This document shows positions 51,611-64,000 of a stretch of DNA of 64,000 nucleotides, piece after piece. The translations under genes were made by a program, and so were the position numbers. This stretch comes from Octopus bimaculoides (taxonomy: Eukaryota): positions 114,350,388-114,414,387 of the forward strand of contig NC_068983.1 in the NCBI RefSeq assembly GCF_001194135.2, read 5' to 3'. Numbering within the stretch: the stretch's first letter is position 1; each line of letters starts with the position of its first letter. The notes beneath the pieces are model-generated. The model was not told the origin of the DNA. It saw only the letters and a program-made list of their open reading frames with translations, and did not search any database.

Positions 51611-54600
51611 ATTAGAAAGAAGAAAAGAATAAAAATTCGTCTGCGTCATTCGTGTAGTAGTGAAAGTTATTTCTGGCCGGGAATCGCAAATTCGCTGCAT
51701 AACATAGCAATAGTAAATAAATGGATCAGACAAAGAGTTTAAAATGATAAAAGATGGGAAATGGAAATAAGGAAAGCTTCAATCATGGAGAGCGTACATT
51801 TTGCAGACAGTAAAAACCAAATTCCCTAGTTGGGCCGAATTCAATAGTGTGTGGGCTGGACTGGAATTCTGTCAGAGCTAGGCTTTGGTAAATTTCCTGG
51901 TTATTTCCCTTTGCTGAACTTCCCAAGGAGTACACATGCACACACACACACACAACAAACACACACACACTTCAAGCCGTATACTTTTATGGTATAAATA
52001 ATATATCCTCTGTCTGTGTGTGTTTTATGGTTAGTCTAACACCTCTTAAGAAAATGTTCAAGTTAATAACGATATTAAAAATCGAAATTAATTTTTTCTT
52101 TAATCGTTAACTTTACAAATACGTTTCAAAACGTCGACAAAAATACCCATAATAAATATATTAAAGAACTTATACTTTTAAAATTTTGTCAGCATTGAAA
52201 GTAAATAATAAGAAAGGTTTAGTAATAATTGCATCTCGTTTGTAAAGGAACATAATTACATTTTTTATTTACTATGTCTAAATTATTTATCAGTGTATTG
52301 ATATCTATTTCAAACGCGTTACATTTGGGCGTGGACAGAAGTGGTCTAACGAAATGGAAATTAAAATGACATCACGCGCGCGCGTGCACACACACACACA
52401 CACACACACAAATAGATATGTATACACATACATATACATGTATACACACAGACGCATACATTTTTTTTTTGTCTATGTTTGGTATAAATTAATTCAGCTA
52501 AATTAAATTATACCACGGAAAGTTATTATTATAAAAAGTAATGTGAGAAGCAAATATTTTTTGAAACTTCTGAATAATATCAAATGATCAGGCAAATGTA
52601 AACAAACAGCAATTTCAGTATTATGGAGTTGCAATGTGAGGAGTTAGTTATAAACATTGAATCATTTCTGAAGGCTTCAGCGTGAGGAAGGGAGCTCCAG
52701 GGTTCGCAAGACAAATTTGTAGGCGTACACATATGATTTTGTATTATACACACGCACATGTAAATATATATACATATATTACTTTGTATTACAGTAAAAA
52801 AAAAAAATGAAAAAGAACACATATTTGTGTAATATATATATATAAAGGAAAAAAGAAAGACGTAAAAATAATATTCGTTCATTCATCGACAGCCTGGAAG
52901 AGATTATGTTAAAATTTATCAGTGATCAAAGACAGGCGAAGTCGATCCCAGCAGTATTATTAGAGAAGAATGAAGCGCCAAACGCAAGCACATAATACGG
53001 AGGAGTTATGCGCTGCTAAATCTAATGCCCTGTCATTATTATATGATTGCTTTATTGTGCCACANNNNNNNNNNATGCTACATTACAATAAAATTTGGGA
53101 AATAATAATAACGCTTTTCTTTTTCTAAACAGCAGTGGCTTTTGAGTTCTTTTTTTTTCTTTTAACTTTCAAAGTTCTTCAATGAGAGAGAGAAAAAAAA
53201 TAGAAGATATGCCTAAAATACATTTAAAGATTTCAAATAAAAAGAAATCATTCATTTATATTATAAATGAGATAAAACGGTGCGATGTTCATGACTTTCA
53301 AATGGATGAAAATTATAATGGTTCCGACAAGAGATCGAAACTGAATCACAGGCGAAAACCAATGACTGAGTGTTGTATTTTGACTCACTGCCTCAAAGGC
53401 AATAGAGTAATTAGTTTTGTATATTAAAAAATATATTTTCTTTCTAGTTTACGTAAAATGTTGATGAAATGGAACTCATTTCCTTATATAAAATAATGTT
53501 TACATAAAAAATTAAAAAAATAACCCGAATAAAATTTGATGTAGAAGTCACTCTAAATGACAGAATTAAAAATTATGTACAAAAAATAATGATAAAAATA
53601 ATTTTTTTAAATGGGTGGTTACCGCAATGAATGAAAAATTTATATATTTTAAGATAACATTTTGATAGTTTCTATGTAGGGTGCGAATTTTATTTTATTT
53701 GTTAAGTTTTAAGGTCTCTCCTCACACTGTCTGCGACTTCGTAGTTACTAAATGTCAATGTACAAGTGTTGCTGGAAGTATGAAAACCCCATGTGTATGG
53801 GTGTACGTATATATACTTAAACATACACACACGAATGTGTAGATATGCATATTATGTGTGTGTGTGTGTGTGTATGTATATATATATATATATATATACA
53901 TGTTTGCGCATGTTGCATACACGCGTACACAACCGTATAATGAATCGGCGAGATGAATGTGGAATAATCAGCAGAAATCATGTCTATGTTTGGGAAAGGC
54001 ATGAACATCAAAACTTCATGTTTTTCATTAATTCTTGACAATTTATTCCAGCATGAGAATAGTTTCTGGTTGTGGTGGTGGTGGGGGAGTAAAGCACTTT
54101 TTTTTTATTAAACCTGGCTAGGATATCAGAAAGGTTTTAAAAAATCGGATATCTAATCTCATCTGGTACAAATACCTATCTTATTTTATTCTTATAGACT
54201 CCCAGGTTAGTCGTGATCGAGCAGAGCAAAGATCAAAGGAAGTCATTCCATCCCAAACATTAATCTTAGGCAGGTGTCATTAGAGAGAGAGAGAGAGAGA
54301 GAGAGATGATTTTTCTGCTATTACTAGCAAATCAAGCGCCTGCTTTACGCGTAGGGGTTTGTTCTCTCGTGATAGATAGATAGATAGATAGATAGATATT
54401 GATAGACAGATAGATATAGATGTACGTGAGTATGTATGTGTATATTCCTGAAGCATAAAAGAAAAAAAAACAAAAAAATCATTAACACCAGCTAAATTTG
54501 AGTCTAGACTGGAATATTTCTCTATCAGAAATTTTCGGTGAATGACAGAATCAATGAGCGACGAATTATGTTGCGTACTTAGTTACGTCCCTTTACAATA

Positions 54601-54747
54601 AGTTTTATCTTCTGCAGAGGGTGATTTTTGTTTTTCATCTCTGATGGTGATAAGATGTCCCAATATCATAATAGAAGTCGATGGAATGGATTATAGACAT
54701 CCCCAGTACATTTATGGACTCATGTCTGCCTTAAGAATTTAAATTTA

Positions 54748-54990
54748 AAAAGCGGCGAATTGGCAGAATCATTAGAACATCGGATAAAATGCCTTGAAGT
54801 ATTTCTTCCGGTTTGTGGCATTTTGAGTTCAAATCGTGCTGGTCAGCTTTCTTTTCCATCCTCTCGGTGACGATAAAATAAAATACCAGTTAAGTACTAG
54901 GATCGATATACTTAACTGTTTGTTATCCTCCTCAAAAGTCAAGCCTAGTGGCTAAATCACAAACGATTATTATTATTATTATTAAATTAA
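54748..54990 (+). mobile_element. SINE family A with (ATT)n tail
   Basis: Head AGCGGCGAATTGGCAGAATCATTAG; GAGTTCAAATC B box; ends CCTAGTGGCTAAATCACAAACG(ATT)n. Confidence 0.8.
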
Positions 54991-55008
54991 TAATATTAAC
55001 ACTATTAT

Positions 55009-55733
55009 ATGCTGTCAACCCAGCTGAGTGCAGGGCTGGACATTCCGTGGCTACTGATGCGCAGGCACGCGCTGAGGCTGCTGCATCTCCAGCTTTTCGT
55101 TGACAGTGAACAGGTCTGGCCACCGTCTGTCAGATACGTCTTTCCCCATCTCGACTCCTTTGATAGAGCAGTGCTGACAATCGGTACTGACCTAGATGCG
55201 CAAAAAGTAACGAAACTGTTCTGTACTCACTCATCCAGTGTCCGAGCATTTCTAACTTATAGGCTTTTGTCGAATTGTTGCAGTCGCGAATAGGATAAAT
55301 CCTGTTATCAGTTGAGTCCATAGTAGATATCGCCCCGCCAAGTTTCTTTGGCTGAGGCGGGCAGGCAGTGTTTATTTGTCTGATAGCCATGGCAAAAGAG
55401 GCTATGTGATGGAAAAAAACTGAAGGTGTTCAATACAGACCACTTCTCTTTTCAGCCAAGCCCTCATCGACTTTCTCGAGTCCCAATAGGAAAAGAAGGT
55501 GGAGAGGGAGGTACTGCCAGAAAAATTCGTTGAAAGGTGGATGAGAGGCGAGCATGGTTCAAGTGAACGGTACTATTCTGAGCATATAGATCGGAAGAGG
55601 ACAGAATGGGAAGGACACCTGCCTAAGTGGTCAAGGTAACCGTGCTTTTTATGGGATAGTCATCGGAGCTCTACGTTTTCTGCTTTGTTCCAATGTCTTT
55701 AGTACCTTTGAGGCCAATAAAGAAACGATTATT
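55009..55733 (+). mobile_element. Tx1-like (L1-clade) non-LTR retrotransposon 3' fragment: ORF2 C-terminus pseudogene plus 3' UTR
   Basis: GLDIPWLLMRRHALRLLHL..EQVWPPSVRYVFPHL; zf-RVT-like PRCAKSNETVLYSLIQCP; LSVESIVDIAPP..AVFICLIAMAKEAM*W; SQALIDFL..KVEREVLPEKFVERWM. Ends GAGGCCAATAAAGAAACG(ATT). The family call rests on my recall of Tx1 ORF2 C-termini. Confidence 0.75.
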
Positions 55734-55763
55734 ACATATTATTATCATCTTCATCATTATTAT

Positions 55764-55985
55764 AAGGCGGTGAGCTAGCAGATTCGTTAGCGCGTCGGAG
55801 ACAAAAAGCTTAATGGCATTTCTTTCGACTCTTTACGTTGAGTTCAAATCTTGCCGATTTCAACTTTGCATTCCATCCTCTCAGGGTCGAGAAAATAAAG
55901 TACCAGTCAATAGCTGGAGGTGATGTAACCTACAGCAACCCCTCCGCAAATGTATACCTCATCTTGAGCCTACATCAAAAATCAT
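55764..55985 (+). mobile_element. SINE family A (old, CpG retained)
   Basis: Head AAGGCGGTGAGCTAGCAGATTCGTTAGCGCGTCGG; GAGTTCAAATC B box. Confidence 0.8.
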
Positions 55986-56781
55986 TATAATTAACAAGCT
56001 CCCGTAAAGTATACATATACTACAAACAGACAATTCCAAACTTTCACTTCAGTTTATGTTCTTGAGAAAAGCATGTATATCACAACATCCTACCAATTCG
56101 CCCCTCTAAAACATTTCAAGCTTCATGCCTATGTAAAAAAAAACAAAAATAAAAAATAAAAATCGATTTCTTTTGATTTAAAGCTCAAAACTAACTTAGC
56201 GAGAGAAGAGAGATATACAATCAAGTGAACCGTACGTATATTGTATTAACCTCGAAGAGATGAAAGACAAAATAGATTCCCGTTGGGTAGTGGTGGATTT
56301 GAACCGCTTTTGTATTATTAAAAGGGCAAAGGAGGTCGAGGCAATAAAACTCCAGACTTGATGTTTAACTCTACCTAGCTCGAGTTGGGTTCCACAGTTC
56401 ATTTTCTGGAATCGATTCAATAACACACCAACGAACAAACTTCAGTTGACTTTATCCACACCCACCTATATAATTCGCCCTGAAACTTGTCCAACACACA
56501 CATACACATCACATTGGTCTAACAGATTAGTAATAATTATATAAGGCATTGTAGTTCAGAAATTGCAAGCATGAGAAATCAAAAAGATTTTTTGTTTTGT
56601 TTTCTGTATGTTGTAGTGTGTGTATCATGTCCGAATGTTTTAATACAGTTTTGTTTAATAATCAATACAGGAAATCATACGGCAAGGGAACTATGCTAGA
56701 GCTTCAATAAGAAAGTGATGATTCAATGGCAAATTCCAGCCCCTCTCCCAATTACCAACCAATTAAACTGGATCTCCTTTG

Positions 56782-56812
<31 letters not shown>

Positions 56813-57661
56813 TAATAATAGAGAAAGAGAAGGACAGAACGAAAGAGAAAATCGTTCCCAGAACAATCATAAACTGAAACTGACACAATAATTACAGAGG
56901 TTCGATTGAAAACGGTTCCAGTATGAAACCAGTTCTTACTGTTCACTCATTCATCCCTCCATTCATTCAGCCACCCTAATATTTATTCCCTTTAAAAGCA
57001 TCGAAAACAAAAATATAAAACTCGTGCGAATCTACCCATCACAAACTTCAATAGTTAAAATCTTTTTTTATTCAATTAAAAATAAAAATCTAGACCAGAA
57101 CTCTTGTAATTTAATTTCTTTTTATTACTTATATCGTCGCTTAAAAAAAAATCCCTACCGTCTCGCTGTATAAAGTGCAGGGAGACTTCAAGGCAATGAT
57201 AATTAGATGTAGCAAAGAAGCGAAATGAAATGGTATCTCCCGACACACAGAAGTAATTGAGGTCAACAGTGCTGGTGTATAGCTAGGCAAAAGGATGGCT
57301 CAGCACTGATGACTGATTCGTCAACAGACACAAGCGAAGCAAAGGAAGACAGTCGGATGCCTTCGTTGCAAAAACAGTGGGGGAATTCTGAGAGTATTTC
57401 CTTAATTATAAGCGAATTCAAACTGGGCCATATGTGGAATCAGATGACATGGCAACATTTAAAGTTCATTAAAAAATTTGAACAGCCTGAATTCAATTTT
57501 GAATAGGATTAGAATTAAATAAGGGGCGAGTAGAAAAAGGAGTGACAAATTACATCTTGTTTTGGCAAGGCTAACAAAACAAAACCATTCCAGTCCAATA
57601 TAGCTATCACTTTATCCCAACTTTTAACACCAACCAACACTATATATATATATCTATATAG

Positions 57662-57692
<31 letters not shown>

Positions 57693-58300
57693 TTCACAAT
57701 CCAAATATTAGCTAATATTGAAGTTAAGGAGTACTGAAGTCATTTTAAAGAAAGCATTCAAACGGTTAGGGAACTGGTTTTAAATTTTAGTTTTGAAATT
57801 CATATATGAATAAATATTCATTAACTAGATAAATGTGATAGCTAGTGTAGTATTGCTCCCGTTTCCCACCAAAAGAAAGGGGGAAAAAAAAAAGCGGGGC
57901 GAGAGGAGTAGAGTTAGCACTTTGGTAAAGTGGAATAAATAGCTCAGACTTCCAAGAGAAGTGGATTTCCCCGCAATAATCGATGACAAATGTAATAATG
58001 AAATGCAAAAGCGGAAAGTGGTGAAGTGTGGCAGGAGAGAAGCTAGTAATATAATGAAGAGAAAAATGTAATCTCATACTTGTATATTGTTGTTGATGAG
58101 TATATACACACACACACACACACATAAATGTGGGAGTGTGTGTCTGTGAGTAGAAAAGACTAAACTACTGAGAATACTTACATAATTATTAAAATTACTA
58201 ATATTCATAACGATAATTTTCATGAAAAAGTTTATATAAGCTTAAAGAATCGTTCTAAACAGAAGAGTTTATAAAGAAGCGTAAAGGATTTCATTTACAG

Positions 58301-58303
<3 letters not shown>

Positions 58304-58371
<68 letters not shown>

Positions 58372-58397
58372 ATATATATATATATATATATATATAG
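58304..58397. repeat. (CT)n(CTAT)n(TA)n compound microsatellite
   Basis: Directly visible. Confidence 0.95.
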
Positions 58398-59704
58398 CCA
58401 GCATCATGGCATTATTATTAGATGAGAAATACACCAGCTAGCACAGCAGGTCTTCATACAATATTTAGGTGTGGGAGACTATTACAGAAGTCGTTCTCTT
58501 AGCATCATTTTCCCAACTGGAACCTACCCTGTAGTTTGATTTAACTGTAAATAAAGATCGATAAAATAATGCCGTAGGTGTAGAATGAAAGAGAGACAGG
58601 AGGGTTCTAACAAGTCTTTGAGAGACTAAGCAGGGAGTGGAATAGCCATTCTTTAAATGCAAGATAGGCCTGGGAAGGAAAAGTAAGTAAAGTTCCTCCT
58701 AACTTGTATGTGCCAATTCGATTCCCATTAAACACAAAACCATTAAAGAAAAAAAAGAAAGAAAGACTTCTGAAAGGGTTATCCTCAATATAGTAATATT
58801 ATTTATCTAGTCATTCGTTTCTTGGTGCTGATTATCAACTGAAAGGAAGAGTCAATTTAAATATTAATAGGGGTAGTAGGGCACGCATACACGCACGGAG
58901 TAAAAGTGAAGACAAATGCCAGCGGACCAAGTTGGTGTATCGATATGTTGATTTGAAGAGGAGCATTTTGCGTTTATAATAAATTTCTATCTCAGATTAA
59001 TACGATGACCTATGGCGATATTGTTTTATTTTCTTTTTAAAAAGTTCATTTCTAAATATTAACTTTAAAAAAAAATCTAGAACAGAGTTTGTTCTGAATT
59101 AACCTTTCTTTCTCGAAATATAATCCCATTATTATTAAACTGATTAAAAGTATTTCCAAATGATTAAAAAGAAACGAAAATAGTTATGTGTAAAAAAAAT
59201 ATTTTTTTAAATAAATAAAGGTCGGAAGAATTACTTTACTCGGCGATTAGGGACAAAAATAAATAAGTCAATAATCCCAAAGAAAATACAATTCTACCAA
59301 ACTTTGAATACAACAATCTAATGAAAAATAATAAATTGATATCGAGTTCTTGAATATTTGATGTATATTTTTAAGGATTGCTGTTTCGTTCTTTACCCTT
59401 GCTACTCGATTATTATGGTATATATATATTTTTTGAAGGCGAATAGGAATGGTTAAAAGGGATGCCACGAAGAATGGTGCTGCTGTTAACAGTCTAAGAG
59501 TAAAAGAATAGCAGAACGATATGGCGAAAATTAAGAGAGGAAGCAGCAGAAAGCGTTAAAACTGAAAATCGCAAAAATTGAGGGAAATAGGGGGAAAAAA
59601 ATTTTCAGAAATTTAATAAACAATAATGGTAATAATATCATCATTGCAGATACGTGTATAATAAATGGTGAAAATGTTAGTGTTTATATTAATACGTAAC
59701 AAAT

Positions 59705-59784
59705 TATACGCGTGTATGTATGTGTACGTGTGTACATATATATATATATATGTATGTATATGTATATATATGTATGTATGTACT

Positions 59785-59860
<76 letters not shown>

Positions 59861-59883
59861 CATATATATATATATATATATAA
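59705..59883. repeat. Long (TA)n-rich microsatellite
   Basis: Directly visible; the source of the spurious IYIY ORFs. Confidence 0.95.
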
Positions 59884-61151
59884 ACAGAAGCGCATACACA
59901 CGAGCGACGTGTGGATGAGTTTGCGAAACAAATATCGAAGAAGAAAATTAGCGATGTGATGGAAGTGCTGATGAATGAACAAATGAACAACTAAATAAAT
60001 AGACCACAATATTTCATCTTGAAAGACAGAATAAGTTTCGATGGAATAGGGTTTGAGGCTTAGTATAAATAATAAGTATAAACAATTATAGATAGCAGTA
60101 GATCGTGGTGGGGGTGGGTGGAGAAAGTAAACAATAATGGCAGTTTACGATCGAGACGTGAGTGGGTGTATATAATATGTATGCATGTGTGTGTGTGCAT
60201 ATATATATATTTTTTTTATATAATTTATATAAGGGCATTACTATACAATAATGCCTCACGCTTAGAGGGACTTCATATGCTTATTTTGTTAGTTTTGACT
60301 TATGAAGTCCCTCTNNNNNNNNNNNNNNNNNNNNNNNNNNNNNNNNNNNNNNNNNNNNNNNNNNNNNNNNNNATATATATATATATATATAAGAAAGAAA
60401 GAGAGAGAGAGGAATAAAGAGATAGCTAGGTAGCCGAAGTACGAGTGCGTGCTAGGATTCAATCTTAATGTCACTAATCCATATATATATATATATATAT
60501 ATAGTGTATGTGTATGTGTGTGTTTGTGTTTATGGTTTCGGAGTTTCGTCACCACCGAATGACAATCTAGTAATAGAACTTGCCTCTCAGTTAGATCTGG
60601 GATAAATAATTTTTCTTTTAATGGAATAAAAAGGAAACATTTTGTTTCGTATAAGTGTCACTAATTTCTAATAGGTTATTGGGGAAAGCGTTAACTGAAT
60701 GACAGATGATCGATGATGTGAAAGAGCGTGAAATTTATAGAAAAGAGATCAGTAGAGAGACAAGTAGAAGATAATTACTGGACCGTGACGCGCAAGAACA
60801 AAAAAAAAAGAAAGAAAGAAAGAAAGAGAAATTGCACGTGTTATAAACAAACTAAAAGAAGATTGATAAAAGTCAAGAGGTGTCGAAAAAATAATAATAA
60901 TAATAATGGTGAATAAATAAATAAATAAATTAAAGAATATAGGGCAATAGCGGTAGTAGCGATAGTAGTAATTCCTGCGATAGCTTTTGTGCGGTTATGG
61001 CTGAGGGAGAGATGCCGAAACAGGACAGGGCAGCAAACATTACGTGAGTGTAAAAGAGACGGCGACAAGCGTACAAGGAAGGAACTGCAGATGTTCCAAC
61101 ATGGCGTCAGAAGAGAGAAGCGAATCGAAAGTCTGGCCAATTTCTTCAGAC

Positions 61152-61606
61152 TTATTTCTTTACTACGGATATATATATATAAAAAATAACAAAAAAGAAA
61201 ACAAACACAGAGAAAAGATTTACGGGTTAAAACGGCCTCGGAGATGAGGAAATTAAGAAAGGATAGGTCGGTCAATAGAATAAGATCAGTTAGAAATAAA
61301 TAAATAAATAAATAAAAAAGTTCTTTAGTTTTGAGGAAGAATTAAAAATGATAAATTTGCCATCCTCCGAATAATATTAGGGATTATTTATTTTTACTAC
61401 GGATATATATATATATAAAAAAACAACAAACAAACACAGAAAAAAATTCACAAGTTAAAACGGCTGGGAAATGAGGAAATTAAGAAAAGATAGGTCAATA
61501 AATATATAAGATCAGAGTTAGAAATAAATAAATAAAAAGTTCTTTAGTTTTGAGGAAGAATTATAAATGATAAATCGCCATCCTCCAAATAATATTAGGG
61601 ATTATT
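61152..61606. repeat. Diverged two-copy tandem duplication (about 236 and 219 bp) just inside the YAP intron
   Basis: Blocks TTTACTACGGATATATA..., GTTAAAACGGC, TGAGGAAATTAAGAAA, AAAAGTTCTTTAGTTTTGAGGAAGAATTA and GCCATCCTCC(G/A)AATAATATTAGGGATTATT each occur twice in the same order. Confidence 0.92.
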
Positions 61607-61832
61607 AAAAAAAGTTCTTTTCATTTTTTTTTCTTTAATATTTTCCGAATATTCCACCGTGCATGTGTGCGTAATATATGATATACAAATATATGGTATA
61701 CAAATATATATGATATGTACAAGAGATATAATGTGAGAGTGTGTTGACATTTCATCGTCCATCATATTTTCCCGCAAAAACTAGGTGAGGAAAATGAAAA
61801 AAAAACAACAAAAAACAAAACTAGATAACTTA

Positions 61833-63350
<1,518 letters not shown>

Positions 63351-63925
63351 GGCGACACACACATACTCTCTCTCTCTCTCTCTTACTCAAGTAATTTCTT
63401 TTATCCATTACACACCCACAAATATACAGATTTATAATAAACACGCGTGAACATATATTCATACACTCATTCGCTCACTCTATTCTTTCTTTCTGTCTTT
63501 CTCTCTCTCTCACTCATTCTCACTCTCTCTCCTTCTCTCTCACAGATTAATAAAAACTGACATATATGTACATATGTACACACACATATATGTCGATAAT
63601 ATGGATATAAATAAACACACACTCATGTCTCTCTCTTTCTTTCGATATTTCGATATGTAAATGTGTTTTATATTCATATATATATATATATGTATCAAGG
63701 AAGTCCCGCCTCTTTCTGAAATAATGAAATAATCAAAAATGAAACATAATAACTAAAAGAAAAGAGTAAAAAAAGTTAACTTTCATGGTTTTATATTAAA
63801 TTCAATTGGTCAAACAGATGAGGTTTGAAATCTGATAATTAAGCAAAAATGAAAATCAACATTTGATTTGATAAAACCGAAAAAAAATAAAACTTTAATG
63901 TTTCGGGGGTTTCACTTGTAATAAA

Positions 63926-63947
63926 GTGTGTGTGTGTGTGTGTGTGT

Positions 63948-63994
<47 letters not shown>
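63926..63994. repeat. (GT)12 directly abutting (AC)n, a self-complementary microsatellite
   Basis: Directly visible; palindrome centre at 63949/63950. Confidence 0.9.

Positions 63995-64000
<6 letters not shown>

Noticed and set aside
4100-57600. TEAD (CATTCCA/TGGAATG) and AP-1 (TGA(C/G)TCA) motifs suggesting YAP autoregulation
   Set aside because: I noticed roughly a dozen MCAT sites against about 7 expected by a rough composition estimate. They are scattered and unclustered, so not distinguishable from chance.
59613-60009. Many IYIY/CVCV/SLSL ORFs (also 7841-8191, 35105-35425, 53793-54041)
   Set aside because: Translations of (TA)n, (TG)n and (GA)n microsatellites; no protein features.

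Overview
This is eukaryotic, AT-rich, microsatellite-dense DNA with assembly gaps. The repeat families look like octopus or another coleoid cephalopod (inferred from my recall of those repeats; not database-verified). The only credible protein-coding sequence is the first coding exon of a Yorkie/YAP Hippo-pathway co-activator on the minus strand (ATG at 62270, AA|GTAAGT donor at 61834/61833). It encodes the TEAD-binding domain, four LATS HxRxxS sites and the first half of WW1. I found no following WW exon, so positions 1-61833 appear to be one intron of more than 61.8 kb. That intron holds a decayed mariner, RTE LINE relics, a Tx1-like (L1-clade) LINE fragment, at least three tRNA-derived SINE families, hAT and piggyBac-type MITEs and a possible Gypsy pol relic. 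There is no CRISPR array, rRNA or genuine tRNA. The best leads are: (1) a CpG-retaining island at about 27-30.8 kb inside a CpG-depleted intron, a candidate hidden promoter or enhancer; (2) Tx1-like elements that sit in (ATT)n tracts and share a 3' end with the most abundant SINE, a candidate LINE-SINE pair; (3) a perfect 23-bp-stem hairpin of pre-miRNA size; (4) inverted SINE pairs that could form ADAR substrates; (5) a ~230-bp tandem duplication just inside the YAP donor. Most repeat boundaries are approximate unless a TSD is given. All regulatory interpretations are hypotheses.
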